The notes beneath the pieces were generated by a model. The model was given only the letters and a program-made list of their open reading frames with translations, ran no database searches and was not told the DNA's origin. A stretch of 41,554 bases of DNA from a virus. Numbering within the stretch: position 1 is the first letter of the stretch; every line of letters starts with the position of its first letter. The DNA lies in the IMG/VR virus record IMGVR_UViG_3300045988_117571, positions 1-41,554 of that record, one strand, 5' to 3'. A program made the position numbers and the translations under genes. Of the stretch, positions 1-9,377 are shown one piece after another.

Positions 1-99
1 ACTTTTTTGGAAAGGACGGTGGTTGATCATGGCAGGTGGAACCTGGACTGACCAGAATAAAGTGCGCCCCGGCGTATACATCCGCTTCACCACGGGCCG
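1..99. repeat. Terminal direct repeat, identical to 41456..41554 (circular-contig overlap)
   Basis: Read by eye. 'acttttttggaaaggacggtggttgatcatggcagg...cacgggccg' occurs at both ends, and ORFs run through the junction. Confidence 0.95.
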
Positions 100-1369
100 C
101 GACCTGGGCCTGACGGTGGGAGAGCGGGGCGTTGTGACCATCTGTGAGCCCCTGAGCTGGGGCCCTGTGGGTGAGGTCATGACCGTCGCCAACGGGGACA
201 ATATGATCCCCTTCACGGGCTACGACATCACCAATGAGAAAAACCGGTTCCTGCGGGAGATCTTCCGGGGGACCAACCGGACGAGCCCTCCCACCACGCT
301 GTACCTGTACCGGCCCACGGCGGCATCCAGCGCAAAGGCTACAGTGACCACCGGTGCGCTGACCGCCACCGCCAAGTATCCCGGTCTGCGGGGCAACGAC
401 ATCACGATCGTGGTCACGGAGGATGTGGACAGCGAGGCCGATGAGTTCTACGTCTCCACCGTGGTTGACGGTGAGGTCCAGGACCAGCAGCACGCCGCCG
501 TGGTGGGCGACCTGGTGGCGAACGACTGGGTGGACTGGAGCGGCACCGGGGCGCTGACAGCCACTGTGGGCGCTCCCCTGACGAGCGGCGCCGACGGCAC
601 CGTGGCGGCCTCCGCGTACTCCACCTATCTGGAGGCCATCGAGCCCTATAAGTTCGATGTGATCATCTATGACGGGACCGACAGCACCGTGCAGGACGCC
701 ATGGTGTCCTTCGTCAACCGCCTGGCCGATGAGAATGGCCAGTATACCCAGCTGGTGGCGGCCAACCTCACCGCACCGGACAGCCGCTTTGTGGTCAACG
801 TCATGAGCGGCGTGACCCTGGCGGACGGGACGGTGCTCACCCCGCAGCAGGTGACCTGGTGGGCCGGTGGCGCTACGGCGGGCGCGAAATACAACGAGAG
901 CCTGACCTACGCCAACTACCCCACGGCTGTGGCGGTGTCCCCGCTGCTGACCAATAACCAGATCATCTCCGCCCTCAACGCCGGGCAGTTCATCCTGGTG
1001 GCGGACTTCGACGAGGTACATATCGAGCAGGATATCGACAGCCTGACCACCTACACCACGGACATCGGCAAGGTGTACCGGAAAAACCGGGTGATCCGGC
1101 TGTGCAACACCATCGCCAACGACATCTACCAGCAGTTCAGCCAGAACTACATCGGCGTGGTCAACAACAACGAAGCCGGCCGGGCACGGTTCAAGGCGGC
1201 CATCGTGGGCTATCTGCTCCAGATCCAGGCGAATGAGGGCATCCAGAACTTCGACGCGGAGGATGTGGAGGTCCTGCCCGGGGAGGAGATCGACGCCATC
1301 GTGGTCAACCTGTCGATCTATGCCGTGGACGCGGTGGAAAAGATCTATATGACCATCGAGGTCTCTTAA
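29..1369 (+). CDS. Contractile tail sheath protein (PBSX XkdK-like)
   Basis: The 447-aa ORF sits directly upstream of tube and chaperone genes. The ATG at 29 follows the stop of the junction-spanning small ORF (TGAtcATG). The track start at 23 is a TTG. Length and order are typical of the sheath family. Confidence 0.85.
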   Translation: MAGGTWTDQNKVRPGVYIRFTTGRDLGLTVGERGVVTICEPLSWGPVGEVMTVANGDNMIPFTGYDITNEKNRFLREIFRGTNRTSPPTTLYLYRPTAASSAKATVTTGALTATAKYPGLRGNDITIVVTEDVDSEADEFYVSTVVDGEVQDQQHAAVVGDLVANDWVDWSGTGALTATVGAPLTSGADGTVAASAYSTYLEAIEPYKFDVIIYDGTDSTVQDAMVSFVNRLADENGQYTQLVAANLTAPDSRFVVNVMSGVTLADGTVLTPQQVTWWAGGATAGAKYNESLTYANYPTAVAVSPLLTNNQIISALNAGQFILVADFDEVHIEQDIDSLTTYTTDIGKVYRKNRVIRLCNTIANDIYQQFSQNYIGVVNNNEAGRARFKAAIVGYLLQIQANEGIQNFDAEDVEVLPGEEIDAIVVNLSIYAVDAVEKIYMTIEVS

Positions 1370-1383
1370 AGGAGGTGCGATAG

Positions 1384-1869
1384 ATGTCTTATTTGCTGGC
1401 GCGGGATACCGTCAATGGCGCGGAGGGCAAGATCTTCGTAACGAAGGATGGGCGAAACGTCGAAATAATCGGCATGCGGAACATCAAGCCGGGGGCGGAT
1501 ATCCAATCCAATGACATGCGGGTCATCGGCACCCGGAAGATCCAGGACAAACCCAACGGCGCGAAGCTGACCGCCACGGGAAACGTGTACTATGGGTCCA
1601 ACGCCTCCAATATGTGGCGGGACATGGTGCTGAAATATATCAAGACCGGTGTGATGGACGAGTTCGACGTGCAGATCACCAACCAAGACCCCACCACCAC
1701 CATCGGAAGCCAGATCATGGCCTATTACGGCTGTCACCTGACGGGGACCATCCCGCTGTCTGTTCTGGACAGCGAGGAGGCCATGCTGAACTATGACTTC
1801 AATTTCGTTTACACCGATGTGGCCATGCTTCAGGGCTTTACCGACCCCACCTCGGTGGGCAGCGACTAA
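1384..1869 (+). CDS. Tail tube protein (XkdM-like)
   Basis: 161 aa, with RBS AAAGGAGG 8 nt upstream. It lies between the sheath and chaperone genes. The N-terminal region (NGAEGKIFV..DGR) resembles the XkdM tube family. Confidence 0.8.
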   Translation: MSYLLARDTVNGAEGKIFVTKDGRNVEIIGMRNIKPGADIQSNDMRVIGTRKIQDKPNGAKLTATGNVYYGSNASNMWRDMVLKYIKTGVMDEFDVQITNQDPTTTIGSQIMAYYGCHLTGTIPLSVLDSEEAMLNYDFNFVYTDVAMLQGFTDPTSVGSD

Positions 1870-1884
1870 GGAGGATAAGAGAAC

Positions 1885-2295
1885 ATGAGCAGACTGAGCG
1901 CGTTTTTGCACCCCTCTACCACTCAGGTGGAGAGGGAGGTGATCGTCTCGGACCGCTTCCTGGATGAGGGCGGCAAGCCTGTCCCATTTAAGATCCGGGC
2001 CGTGACCCAGGCGGAGAACGAGGCCATCACAAAGCAGGCCACCCGGCGGGTCCGGGAGAACGGCCAGATGGTGGACCGGTTGGACAGCGTGGACTTCACC
2101 CGGCGGATGCTGGTGACCGCTGTTGTGGAGCCTGACTTTTCCAACACGGAGATGTGCCAGGCGTATGGGGTGCTGGACCCCCTGCTGGTCCCCGGCAGAA
2201 TGCTGCTGGCAGGGGAGAGCTCCAAGCTGATGCGGGAGATCATGGACCTGTCGGGGTTCAACGACGCCAACATCGAGGACACGGCAAAAAACTGA
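1885..2295 (+). CDS. Tail assembly chaperone, short form (XkdN-like, G-equivalent)
   Basis: 136 aa, immediately upstream of the tape measure gene, with RBS AAGGAGG. It ends in a slippery heptamer. Confidence 0.8.
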   Translation: MSRLSAFLHPSTTQVEREVIVSDRFLDEGGKPVPFKIRAVTQAENEAITKQATRRVRENGQMVDRLDSVDFTRRMLVTAVVEPDFSNTEMCQAYGVLDPLLVPGRMLLAGESSKLMREIMDLSGFNDANIEDTAKN

Positions 2296-2459
2296 TCAGT
2301 GGGGCCAGCCCTGACCCTGACACAATGGCGGCTTATTATTGCTTCGTGAATCTGGGCTGGCCCCCGTCCAAATACGCGGACCTGCCATACCGTGAGCGGG
2401 TCCTAATCACAGAGTTCATCCGAAAAGAGATCAAGTCCAGACCGCAGCCGAAGGGGTGA
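1885..2459 (+). CDS. Tail assembly chaperone, -1 frameshift-extended form (GT-equivalent)
   Basis: The -1 frame stays open from the slippery site to 2459. It encodes KKLISGASPDPDTMAAYYCFVNLGWPPSKYADLPYRERVLITEFIRKEIKSRPQPKG and ends 4 nt before the tape measure start. Confidence 0.7.
2286..2292 (+). promoter_or_regulatory. -1 programmed ribosomal frameshift slippery heptamer A_AAA_AAC
   Basis: Zero-frame codons are GCA AAA AAC TGA. The X_XXY_YYZ pattern sits directly before the stop codon, at the conserved chaperone/tape-measure position. Confidence 0.7.
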
Positions 2460-2463
2460 GAAC

Positions 2464-4377
2464 ATGGCGCAGATACGGGAAGAGCTGGTCCTATACGACA
2501 GCTTCACGAACACTTTCACGAAGTACATCCGGCAGTCTGAGCAGGCGGCAAATGTGACGGACCAGACCAAGCAGGCCACGCAGCAATTCGAGAGCAGCCA
2601 GCGGGCCGCAGCCACCGCCACAGACGGACTGACCGGAAGCATCAAGAGCTTGGTCGGGGGCTATCTCAGCTTGCAGGGGATCAAGGGCCTGTTCAACCTG
2701 TCTGACACCATCACCTCTACTACGGCACGTCTGGATATGATGAACGACGGCCTTCAGACCACGGCGGAACTGAACGACACGATCTGGCAGTCCGCCCAGC
2801 GGTCCAGGGGCGCCTATGCGAGCACCGCCAACCTGGTGGCCCAGCTGGGCAACCTGGCGGGGGAAGCCTTTGACAGCAGCCAGGAGGTCGTGGCCTTTGC
2901 CGAGCAGATCAACAAGCAGATCGCCCTGTCTGGGGCATCTGCCGCCGCCGCGGACGCGGCCCTGCTCCAGTTGACTCAGGGGCTGTCCTCGGGCGCTCTG
3001 CGCGGAGAGGAGCTTAACAGCATCCTGGAGCAGACCCCCACCATCGCCCGGACCATCGCAGACTACATGGGAGTGACCACTGGAGAAATGCGGGAGCTGG
3101 CCAGCGAGGGCGCGGTGACCGCCGAGGTGGTCAAAAACGCCATGCTGGCGGCAGCTGATGAGACCAACGCGGCCTTTGAGAGTATGCCCATGACCTGGAG
3201 CCAGGTGTGGACCTCCATGCAGAATGTGGCGCAAAAAGCCCTTCAGCCCATCCTCAACGGCGTTTCATGGCTGGCCAACAACCTGGAGATTGTGGGCCCG
3301 ATCGTGATTGGGGTAGCTGTGGCGTTTGGGCTGCTGGCGGTGGCCGTGCTGGCATACAACGCCCAGCAGAAGATAGCCAACACGCTGTCCGCAATCAGCG
3401 CGGCCCGGGCGGCGCTGGCCTCTGGAGCGACGCTTGCCCAGGCGGCGGCTACAACTACCGCCACGGGGGCACAGGTGGGGCTAAACGCGGCGCTGCTGGC
3501 CTGCCCCATCACCTGGATCGTGATAGGTTTCGTGGCGCTGGTAGCGGCGCTGTACGCCGTTGTGGGGGCCATCAACCAGGTGACCGGGTCCAGCATCTCC
3601 GCCACCGGGCTGATCACCGGCGCGGTGGCCACGGCGCTGGCATTCGTGGGCAATTTGTTCATCACACTGGTGAATGCGGTGGTGGACGTGTTCGTGGTCA
3701 TCTACAACGTGATCGCAATGGTGGCGAACTTTGTGGCCAATGTGTTTGTGGACCCCCTGGGCGCCGCGGCACGGCTGTTCTTTGATTTCGCTGACGTGGT
3801 GCTGTCCGTGCTCCAGGGCATTGCCTCCGCCATCGACACCATCTTCGGCTCCAACCTCGCCGGTGCTGTACAGGGCTGGCGTGACAGCCTGAGCGGCTGG
3901 GTGGACGAGAAGTTTGGGGCGGGCGTCGAGGTCATCCCGGAGATCAACGCGCAGGACTATCACCTGGACCGATTCCAGTATGGCGACGCATTTCAAGCGG
4001 GCTATGACTGGGGCAAGGACTTGAACCTCTTCGGCGGCGGGAGCGAATATGACCCCAGCTCCATCCTTGGGGAGATCCCCCTGTATGAAGAGATCGCGGC
4101 CAACACCGGGGACACAGCCAAGAGCGCGGCCAGCATCGAGAAGTCGGTCAACATGGCGGACGAGGACCTGAAAAACCTGGTGGACATGGCCGAGCGGCAG
4201 TACGTCAACCAGATCAACCTGACGGCGCAGACCCCGGTGATCACCATCAACGGGGCCAACACCGGCAACACCCAGGCCGACCGCAAGGCGCTGGGCGACG
4301 CCATCCGGGACATCATCCTGGAGCAGGCGGCGGCGGGCTCCTACAGGTCCACGGCCCGGGCGTATACAGGAGGCTGA
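2464..4377 (+). CDS. Tail tape measure protein
   Basis: 637 aa. The N-terminal part is helical with a TP901-type TMP core (LSGASAAAADAALLQLTQGLSSGALRGEELNSILEQTP). The middle is a long Ala/Gly/Val-rich hydrophobic segment. It lies after the chaperone pair. Confidence 0.9.
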   Translation: MAQIREELVLYDSFTNTFTKYIRQSEQAANVTDQTKQATQQFESSQRAAATATDGLTGSIKSLVGGYLSLQGIKGLFNLSDTITSTTARLDMMNDGLQTTAELNDTIWQSAQRSRGAYASTANLVAQLGNLAGEAFDSSQEVVAFAEQINKQIALSGASAAAADAALLQLTQGLSSGALRGEELNSILEQTPTIARTIADYMGVTTGEMRELASEGAVTAEVVKNAMLAAADETNAAFESMPMTWSQVWTSMQNVAQKALQPILNGVSWLANNLEIVGPIVIGVAVAFGLLAVAVLAYNAQQKIANTLSAISAARAALASGATLAQAAATTTATGAQVGLNAALLACPITWIVIGFVALVAALYAVVGAINQVTGSSISATGLITGAVATALAFVGNLFITLVNAVVDVFVVIYNVIAMVANFVANVFVDPLGAAARLFFDFADVVLSVLQGIASAIDTIFGSNLAGAVQGWRDSLSGWVDEKFGAGVEVIPEINAQDYHLDRFQYGDAFQAGYDWGKDLNLFGGGSEYDPSSILGEIPLYEEIAANTGDTAKSAASIEKSVNMADEDLKNLVDMAERQYVNQINLTAQTPVITINGANTGNTQADRKALGDAIRDIILEQAAAGSYRSTARAYTGG

Positions 4378-4378
4378 C

Positions 4379-5122
4379 ATGGCGATCAACTATGGATTGT
4401 TTTTCTCCCGGGACGGGCAGGTGCTGCGCCTGCCCCACAACCCGGAGAAGCTGCCTGTGAGCAAGGATAACGACAACGGGGAGTACAACGTGCTGGGCAT
4501 CGGTCCCATTACTATCCCCCGGGACCCAAAGCAGCAGGAGGTCACCATCTCCGGGTATTTCCCCGGACGGGCGGACGGCTATACGGTGACCCCAAACGGC
4601 TTCCTGGAGCCGGAGGTCTACATCCAGTTCTTTCAATCCGCGATGGACGACAAAGCGGTGCTGACCTATACCCCGGTCCGGTACTACGAGGATGGGACGC
4701 CATACTTTACCGCAGACGAGGGGTTTCAGTGCCTTGTCATGTCCTTCACATATGAGGAGAGGGGCGGCGAGACCGGGGACTTCTACTACGACCTGACCAT
4801 CCGGGAGTGGCGGGACTACTCGCCCCAGACGGTGACCACAGAGACCCAGGAGGATGGCACCACGGTGGTGACCCAGGAGCCCTCCCGGGATATCCCCCAG
4901 GGGCAACTCTATGTCGGGGCCACGGTGGTGGCCAACGGGCCGTATTACTACACGTCCTATGGCGACGAGCCCCACGGAAACGGCAATGGCCGGCGGGCGG
5001 TGGTATCCCGCATCGTGGCGGATGACCCCACCCGGCCCTGCCAGATCCACATCACTACGGAGGACGGGGGAGACCTGGGGTGGATCTCCGCTGACGGCGT
5101 GCAGGTGGTGAGCACGGCGTGA
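4379..5122 (+). CDS. Tail protein at the XkdP position (distal tail/baseplate-associated), without an obvious LysM domain
   Basis: 247 aa. The N-terminus (LRLPHNPEKLPVS...VLGIGPITIPRDPKQQEVTISGYFPG) matches the XkdP-like pattern. Synteny places it after the TMP. Confidence 0.55.
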   Translation: MAINYGLFFSRDGQVLRLPHNPEKLPVSKDNDNGEYNVLGIGPITIPRDPKQQEVTISGYFPGRADGYTVTPNGFLEPEVYIQFFQSAMDDKAVLTYTPVRYYEDGTPYFTADEGFQCLVMSFTYEERGGETGDFYYDLTIREWRDYSPQTVTTETQEDGTTVVTQEPSRDIPQGQLYVGATVVANGPYYYTSYGDEPHGNGNGRRAVVSRIVADDPTRPCQIHITTEDGGDLGWISADGVQVVSTA

Positions 5123-6087
5123 AAACAGAGCTGATCATCGGCGTCAAGAGCACCGGAAACATCTTTGAGGTGTCCAACTCCACCACCTCCGTCACCTACA
5201 CCACGGAGCGCACCGGAAGCCCCGGGAAGCTGACCTTCACAGTCATCAAATCCGGGGAACTGTCCTTTACCGAGGGGGACGTGGTGCGGTTCTCTGTGGA
5301 CGGGACTTTGGTGTTCTACGGTTGGGTGTTCACCAAAAGCAAGGACCGTTGGGGCCTCATCGAGGTGACCTGCTATGACCGTATCCGCTACCTGAAGGCC
5401 AACGCCTCCTATGCCTTCTATAACCAGACGGCGGCCCAGATCATTGCGCAGATCGCCGCCGACCTCCAGCTGGACACCAGCACCCTGGCAGACACCGGGT
5501 ATGCCATCCCGTCCCTTATCGAGACAGACCAGAGCTGCCTGGACATCATGCAGGGCGTGCTGGAGCAGACCCTGCTGAACACCGGGACCATCTACGTGCT
5601 GTATGACGACGGAAACGGCCTGGCCCTCCAGGCGGCGGGGGACATGGTTTCCAATGTGGTCATCGGGGACAAGTCCCTGCTCACCGACTACACCTATAAG
5701 ACCGACATCGACGAGCAGACCTATAACTCAGTCAAACTGGTACGGCCCAACGAGGAGACCGGCCGGGCGGATGTGGTGGTGGCGGAGGACAGCGCCACCA
5801 TCGGGCAGTGGGGGCTACTCCAGCTCTACCAGCAGGTGGACGGCGATCTGAACACCGCCCAAATGACAGCCCAGGCCCAGGCCACGCTGGCCTTCTACAA
5901 CCGCCGGATGCGGACGCTCAAGGTCCAGTCTCTGGGAGTGGTCGGCCTCCGGGCGGGGCAGATGGTCCGCATGAAGGTGGACGGGCTGGGAGACATAGAC
6001 CTTGACCAGCTGGTGCTGCTGGAGAAGGTCACCCACACCTGGGAGAACGAGGTGCACACGATGGAATTTGAGACGATGGAGATCTGA
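5119..6087 (+). CDS. Baseplate hub / late-control-D-like protein (XkdQ-like)
   Basis: 322 aa. The GTG start overlaps the upstream stop (GTGA). Called from its syntenic position in the Xkd-type tail module. Confidence 0.6.
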   Translation: MKTELIIGVKSTGNIFEVSNSTTSVTYTTERTGSPGKLTFTVIKSGELSFTEGDVVRFSVDGTLVFYGWVFTKSKDRWGLIEVTCYDRIRYLKANASYAFYNQTAAQIIAQIAADLQLDTSTLADTGYAIPSLIETDQSCLDIMQGVLEQTLLNTGTIYVLYDDGNGLALQAAGDMVSNVVIGDKSLLTDYTYKTDIDEQTYNSVKLVRPNEETGRADVVVAEDSATIGQWGLLQLYQQVDGDLNTAQMTAQAQATLAFYNRRMRTLKVQSLGVVGLRAGQMVRMKVDGLGDIDLDQLVLLEKVTHTWENEVHTMEFETMEI

Positions 6088-6090
6088 GCT

Positions 6091-6579
6091 ATGAATTTGA
6101 TGGACGCGCTCAACCAGGTCATCTCGCAGAATCAATCCGCGATGCAGCTTACGGACCTGGAGACCGGGACAGTCACGGCGGTGGACCCGCTGGAGATCAC
6201 CAAAGACGTACACCAGCAAGCCCTCCGGCAGGAAGTGCTGTACCTGACGGAGAGCGTGGTGGAAAAGAAGATCCCCGTCCTCGAACACAATCACTATGCC
6301 ATCAACCTGGGGCACACCCACACATGCCCAGACGGGACCACGTCGGAGGCCCTGACGGGGAGGTATCTGACCGAGGCGTACAGCCTTGTGAGCGAGGGCT
6401 TTGACAGCACGGAGCAGGCCCAGGATATCGTCTGCTGGGAGCACGGAGAGAAGCTGCCCATCGAGGACGGCTTCATCATCCTCAACCGAAAGCTCGAGGT
6501 GGGGGACAAGGTGCTGCTCCTCTCTGTGGCCCACGGGCAGAAGTACATCATCCTGTCCCGCATCTTTGAGCACAAATAG
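6091..6579 (+). CDS. Baseplate spike-like protein (XkdR / DUF2577-like)
   Basis: 162 aa. Called from synteny and the N-terminal pattern LTDLETGTVTAVDPLEI. Confidence 0.55.
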   Translation: MNLMDALNQVISQNQSAMQLTDLETGTVTAVDPLEITKDVHQQALRQEVLYLTESVVEKKIPVLEHNHYAINLGHTHTCPDGTTSEALTGRYLTEAYSLVSEGFDSTEQAQDIVCWEHGEKLPIEDGFIILNRKLEVGDKVLLLSVAHGQKYIILSRIFEHK

Positions 6580-6590
6580 GGGGCGAGCAC

Positions 6591-6998
6591 ATGGCAGTAT
6601 TGCCCACCGACAATTTGGATCTGAGCGGCGCGGTCCGGTATGAGGACCAGCCCGGGCGGACCTGGAAGATCGACCGGGAGAAGGGCCGGATCGTGGGGGA
6701 GTGCGACAACTGGGAGGCGGCCCGCCAGGCGGTGGAGATCATCCTCTGGACGGAGCGCTTTCGGTGGCAGATCTACTCCCCATACTCTGGGGTACAGTAT
6801 GACGGGCTCATCGGCCTGGACCCCGGGTATGTGGCGGCGGAGCTCAAGCGCCGGGTCCGGGCGGCCCTGATGATGGACAGCCGGGTCACCGGGATCGAGA
6901 ACTACTCCTATACCTTTTCCGAGGGCATTTTGCACGCTGAGTTCACCGTGATCACGGTGTTCGGCGGCATCGACCAGAGCGTGGAGGTGACGATTTGA
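6591..6998 (+). CDS. Baseplate wedge protein (XkdS / DUF2634, gp25-like)
   Basis: 135 aa. Contains the motif TWKIDREKGRIVG..D..EA..QAVEIILWTERF and lies directly before the baseplate J gene. Confidence 0.6.
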   Translation: MAVLPTDNLDLSGAVRYEDQPGRTWKIDREKGRIVGECDNWEAARQAVEIILWTERFRWQIYSPYSGVQYDGLIGLDPGYVAAELKRRVRAALMMDSRVTGIENYSYTFSEGILHAEFTVITVFGGIDQSVEVTI

Positions 6999-8140
6999 TC
7001 GATTTCAGCAGCAGGACCTATGCCAACATCCTGAAAGCCATGCTGGCCCAGGTCCCCAATATTTACGACAAGCGGGACACCTCACCCATCCAGACGGCCC
7101 TGGGGCCTGCGGCTTACGCTCTAGAGGAATACTACCTGAGCTTGGACCAGGTGCAGCGGTCTGCCTTCGTCCAGACAGCGGTGGGCAGCGACCTGGACCT
7201 GCTGGCGGTGATCGCCGGGCTGACCCGGTATCCCGCCTCCGACGCGGTGCGGCTGGGCATCTTTGACGCCGCCGTGCCCACCGGCTCCCGGTTCTCCACC
7301 ATCAACGGGTCCAACTCCATCAACTTCATCGTGACGGAGACCGCCACGGTGGAGGACCCCACGGAGGGGGATTTTTACTACCAGCTGACGGCGGAGACCC
7401 CCGGCACCATCGGCAACGACTACGCCGGGCCCATCCTGCCCATCAACACCATACCGGGGCTGGCGTCGGCGCAGATCACCGACATCCTGGTCCCCGGCGA
7501 CGATACGGAGACTGATGACAGCTTCCGGGAGCGGATCATCGAGGCGCTGAACGAGCGGCCCTTCGGCGGCAACATCGCCTCCTACAGGCAATTCGTTCCC
7601 TCCGTCGACGGGGTAGGCAGTGTACAAGTCTATCCCACCTGGAACGGCGGCGGCACGGTGAAGCTCAGCATCCTGGGCTCCGACTGGCTGCCGGCCACCA
7701 GCGAGGTGGTGGAGGACGTGCAGAACGCCGTGGACCCCCCGCCTAACCAGGGGCTGGGATTGGGCATGGCCCCCATTGGAGCGCAGGTGACCGTGGTGGC
7801 CCCCACCAGCCTGACGGTGAACGTGACAGCCACGCTGATGCTGGCCTCCGGGTACCAGATCGGGCAGGTGCAGCAGCCCATCGAGGAGGCCCTGGAGGCG
7901 TATCTGCTGGACGTGCGGAAGGAGTGGGACACCAACACATCCACCACGTCGGTGCAGTACGCCGCCGATGTGTACCTGGCCCGGATAACCGCCGCCATCG
8001 TGGGCGTGCAGGGCGTGGTCAACGCCACCAACGTACAGCTCAATGGGGCGGCGGCAGACCTCACCCTGACAGAGACCGGCACCACGCAGCAGGTGCCCAT
8101 ACTGGGGACGGTGACGCTCAGTGAACAGAGTACAACTTGA
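6995..8140 (+). CDS. Baseplate J-like protein (XkdT-like)
   Basis: 381 aa. The TTG start overlaps the upstream stop, with GGAGG 7 nt upstream. Size and synteny fit the baseplate J family. Confidence 0.75.
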   Translation: MIDFSSRTYANILKAMLAQVPNIYDKRDTSPIQTALGPAAYALEEYYLSLDQVQRSAFVQTAVGSDLDLLAVIAGLTRYPASDAVRLGIFDAAVPTGSRFSTINGSNSINFIVTETATVEDPTEGDFYYQLTAETPGTIGNDYAGPILPINTIPGLASAQITDILVPGDDTETDDSFRERIIEALNERPFGGNIASYRQFVPSVDGVGSVQVYPTWNGGGTVKLSILGSDWLPATSEVVEDVQNAVDPPPNQGLGLGMAPIGAQVTVVAPTSLTVNVTATLMLASGYQIGQVQQPIEEALEAYLLDVRKEWDTNTSTTSVQYAADVYLARITAAIVGVQGVVNATNVQLNGAAADLTLTETGTTQQVPILGTVTLSEQSTT

Positions 8141-9029
8141 CCCGCAGATCTGTAAGTATCTCCCCACCTGGTACAAGCCGGTGGAGGAGTACCAGCAGAT
8201 CTGTCAGACGGAGACGGCCCAACTGGAAGTCCTGGCGGCCGCTATCCATGCGGTGAAAGAGAACTTCTACTTCCAGACCATGAGCCTGCCCGGGGTGGAG
8301 ATGTGGGAGGATGTGCTGCGCATCATCCCCAACCCCAGCACGGAGGACCTGGACTTCCGGCGGGCCAGGGTGCTCAACCGCATCACCACCAAGCCGCCCT
8401 TCACCCTGGGCTTCCTCTATCAGAAGCTGGACGAGCTCATCGGCCCGGGGGAGTGGTCCGTGACGGTGGACTACGCCAACTACACCCTGTACATCGAGAG
8501 CGCCGCCCAGAACTTCAACTACTCCACCGAGGTGGCCTTTACCATCAACCGCATCAAGCCCGCCCACATCGTCTTCGTGTCCTCGCCCTATGTAAAGAGC
8601 GGCCTGCTGCTCAGCGAGACGATCTCCCACGGGCTTCGGACCTACAACTACCACATGGCGAGCTGGCAGCTGGGGCTGCTGCCCTTCGCCACCGACACCG
8701 ACCTGGGGGTGATCAAAACGGCTGAGACACCGAGCATCCAAGAGGCCCTGCTGAACGGCACGGCGGGCTTTGTCATGGGGGACATCGCGTCCGCCCGCAT
8801 CAACGGCACCACGGCCATTTCGGCCATATCCAAGAGCCAGGAGGGGAGCACGGTCACCATCACCTATACCGTCACTGAGGCCACGGCCTCCAGCGTGACC
8901 CAGGTGGAGCTGCTGGATAGCGAGGGGAACGTGCTGACCAGCTCCACGGTGTACATCCCGGTGAGCGGCTCTGTCCTGATGAAGCATACCATACCTGTCT
9001 CGGAAGGAGTGTTACCAGATGGCGACTAA
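8121..9029 (+). CDS. Baseplate/tail protein (XkdU / YmfQ, DUF2313-like)
   Basis: 302 aa. The N-terminus (YLPTWYKPVEEYQQICQTETAQLEVL) is typical of the YmfQ family. It follows baseplate J. Confidence 0.6.
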   Translation: MNRVQLDPQICKYLPTWYKPVEEYQQICQTETAQLEVLAAAIHAVKENFYFQTMSLPGVEMWEDVLRIIPNPSTEDLDFRRARVLNRITTKPPFTLGFLYQKLDELIGPGEWSVTVDYANYTLYIESAAQNFNYSTEVAFTINRIKPAHIVFVSSPYVKSGLLLSETISHGLRTYNYHMASWQLGLLPFATDTDLGVIKTAETPSIQEALLNGTAGFVMGDIASARINGTTAISAISKSQEGSTVTITYTVTEATASSVTQVELLDSEGNVLTSSTVYIPVSGSVLMKHTIPVSEGVLPDGD

Positions 9030-9306
9030 ACCGATCCCGGCACCGCTGCTGGCGGACCTGCCGGAGGACTGGACCGTAGGCCAGACCGTGGCCCCCACCG
9101 GGGAGGAGGTGGGCCTCACCCAGCAGCACGGGTACAACTACCTGATGGAGAAGGTCAACGAGGCCATCCAGGCCATCAACGCCCTCAATGAGGGCTTTGA
9201 GGATGTGGGCGGCTTCATCGAGATGGAACAGAGCCTGCCAGTGGGCGACCGGGTGGAGAACACGCTGTATGGGCTCATCCTGGTGGATTTTTCAGCAGAT
9301 ATATAA
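9019..9306 (+). CDS. Short tail-fibre-N-terminus-like protein (hypothetical)
   Basis: 95 aa, with RBS GGAAGGAG. The GLTQQHGYNYLMEKVNEAIQAINAL pattern resembles fibre N-terminal anchor regions. It ends at an AT-rich intergenic break. Confidence 0.45.
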   Translation: MATKPIPAPLLADLPEDWTVGQTVAPTGEEVGLTQQHGYNYLMEKVNEAIQAINALNEGFEDVGGFIEMEQSLPVGDRVENTLYGLILVDFSADI

Positions 9307-9377
9307 TCTATATTGCTTTTAATCCAAACGTACCCAGTTGACAATTTTCATCACCCTTTCAAAAGGAGGTTTTGCCT

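Noticed and set aside
1-99. The 99-nt terminal repeat as a biological direct terminal repeat or cos region.
   Set aside because: - The repeat falls inside coding sequence (the end of the small ORF and the start of the sheath gene).
- TerL looks like a PBSX-type headful enzyme.
- An exact overlap of this length is typical of circular contigs from de Bruijn assemblers. It remains testable with read-terminus analysis.
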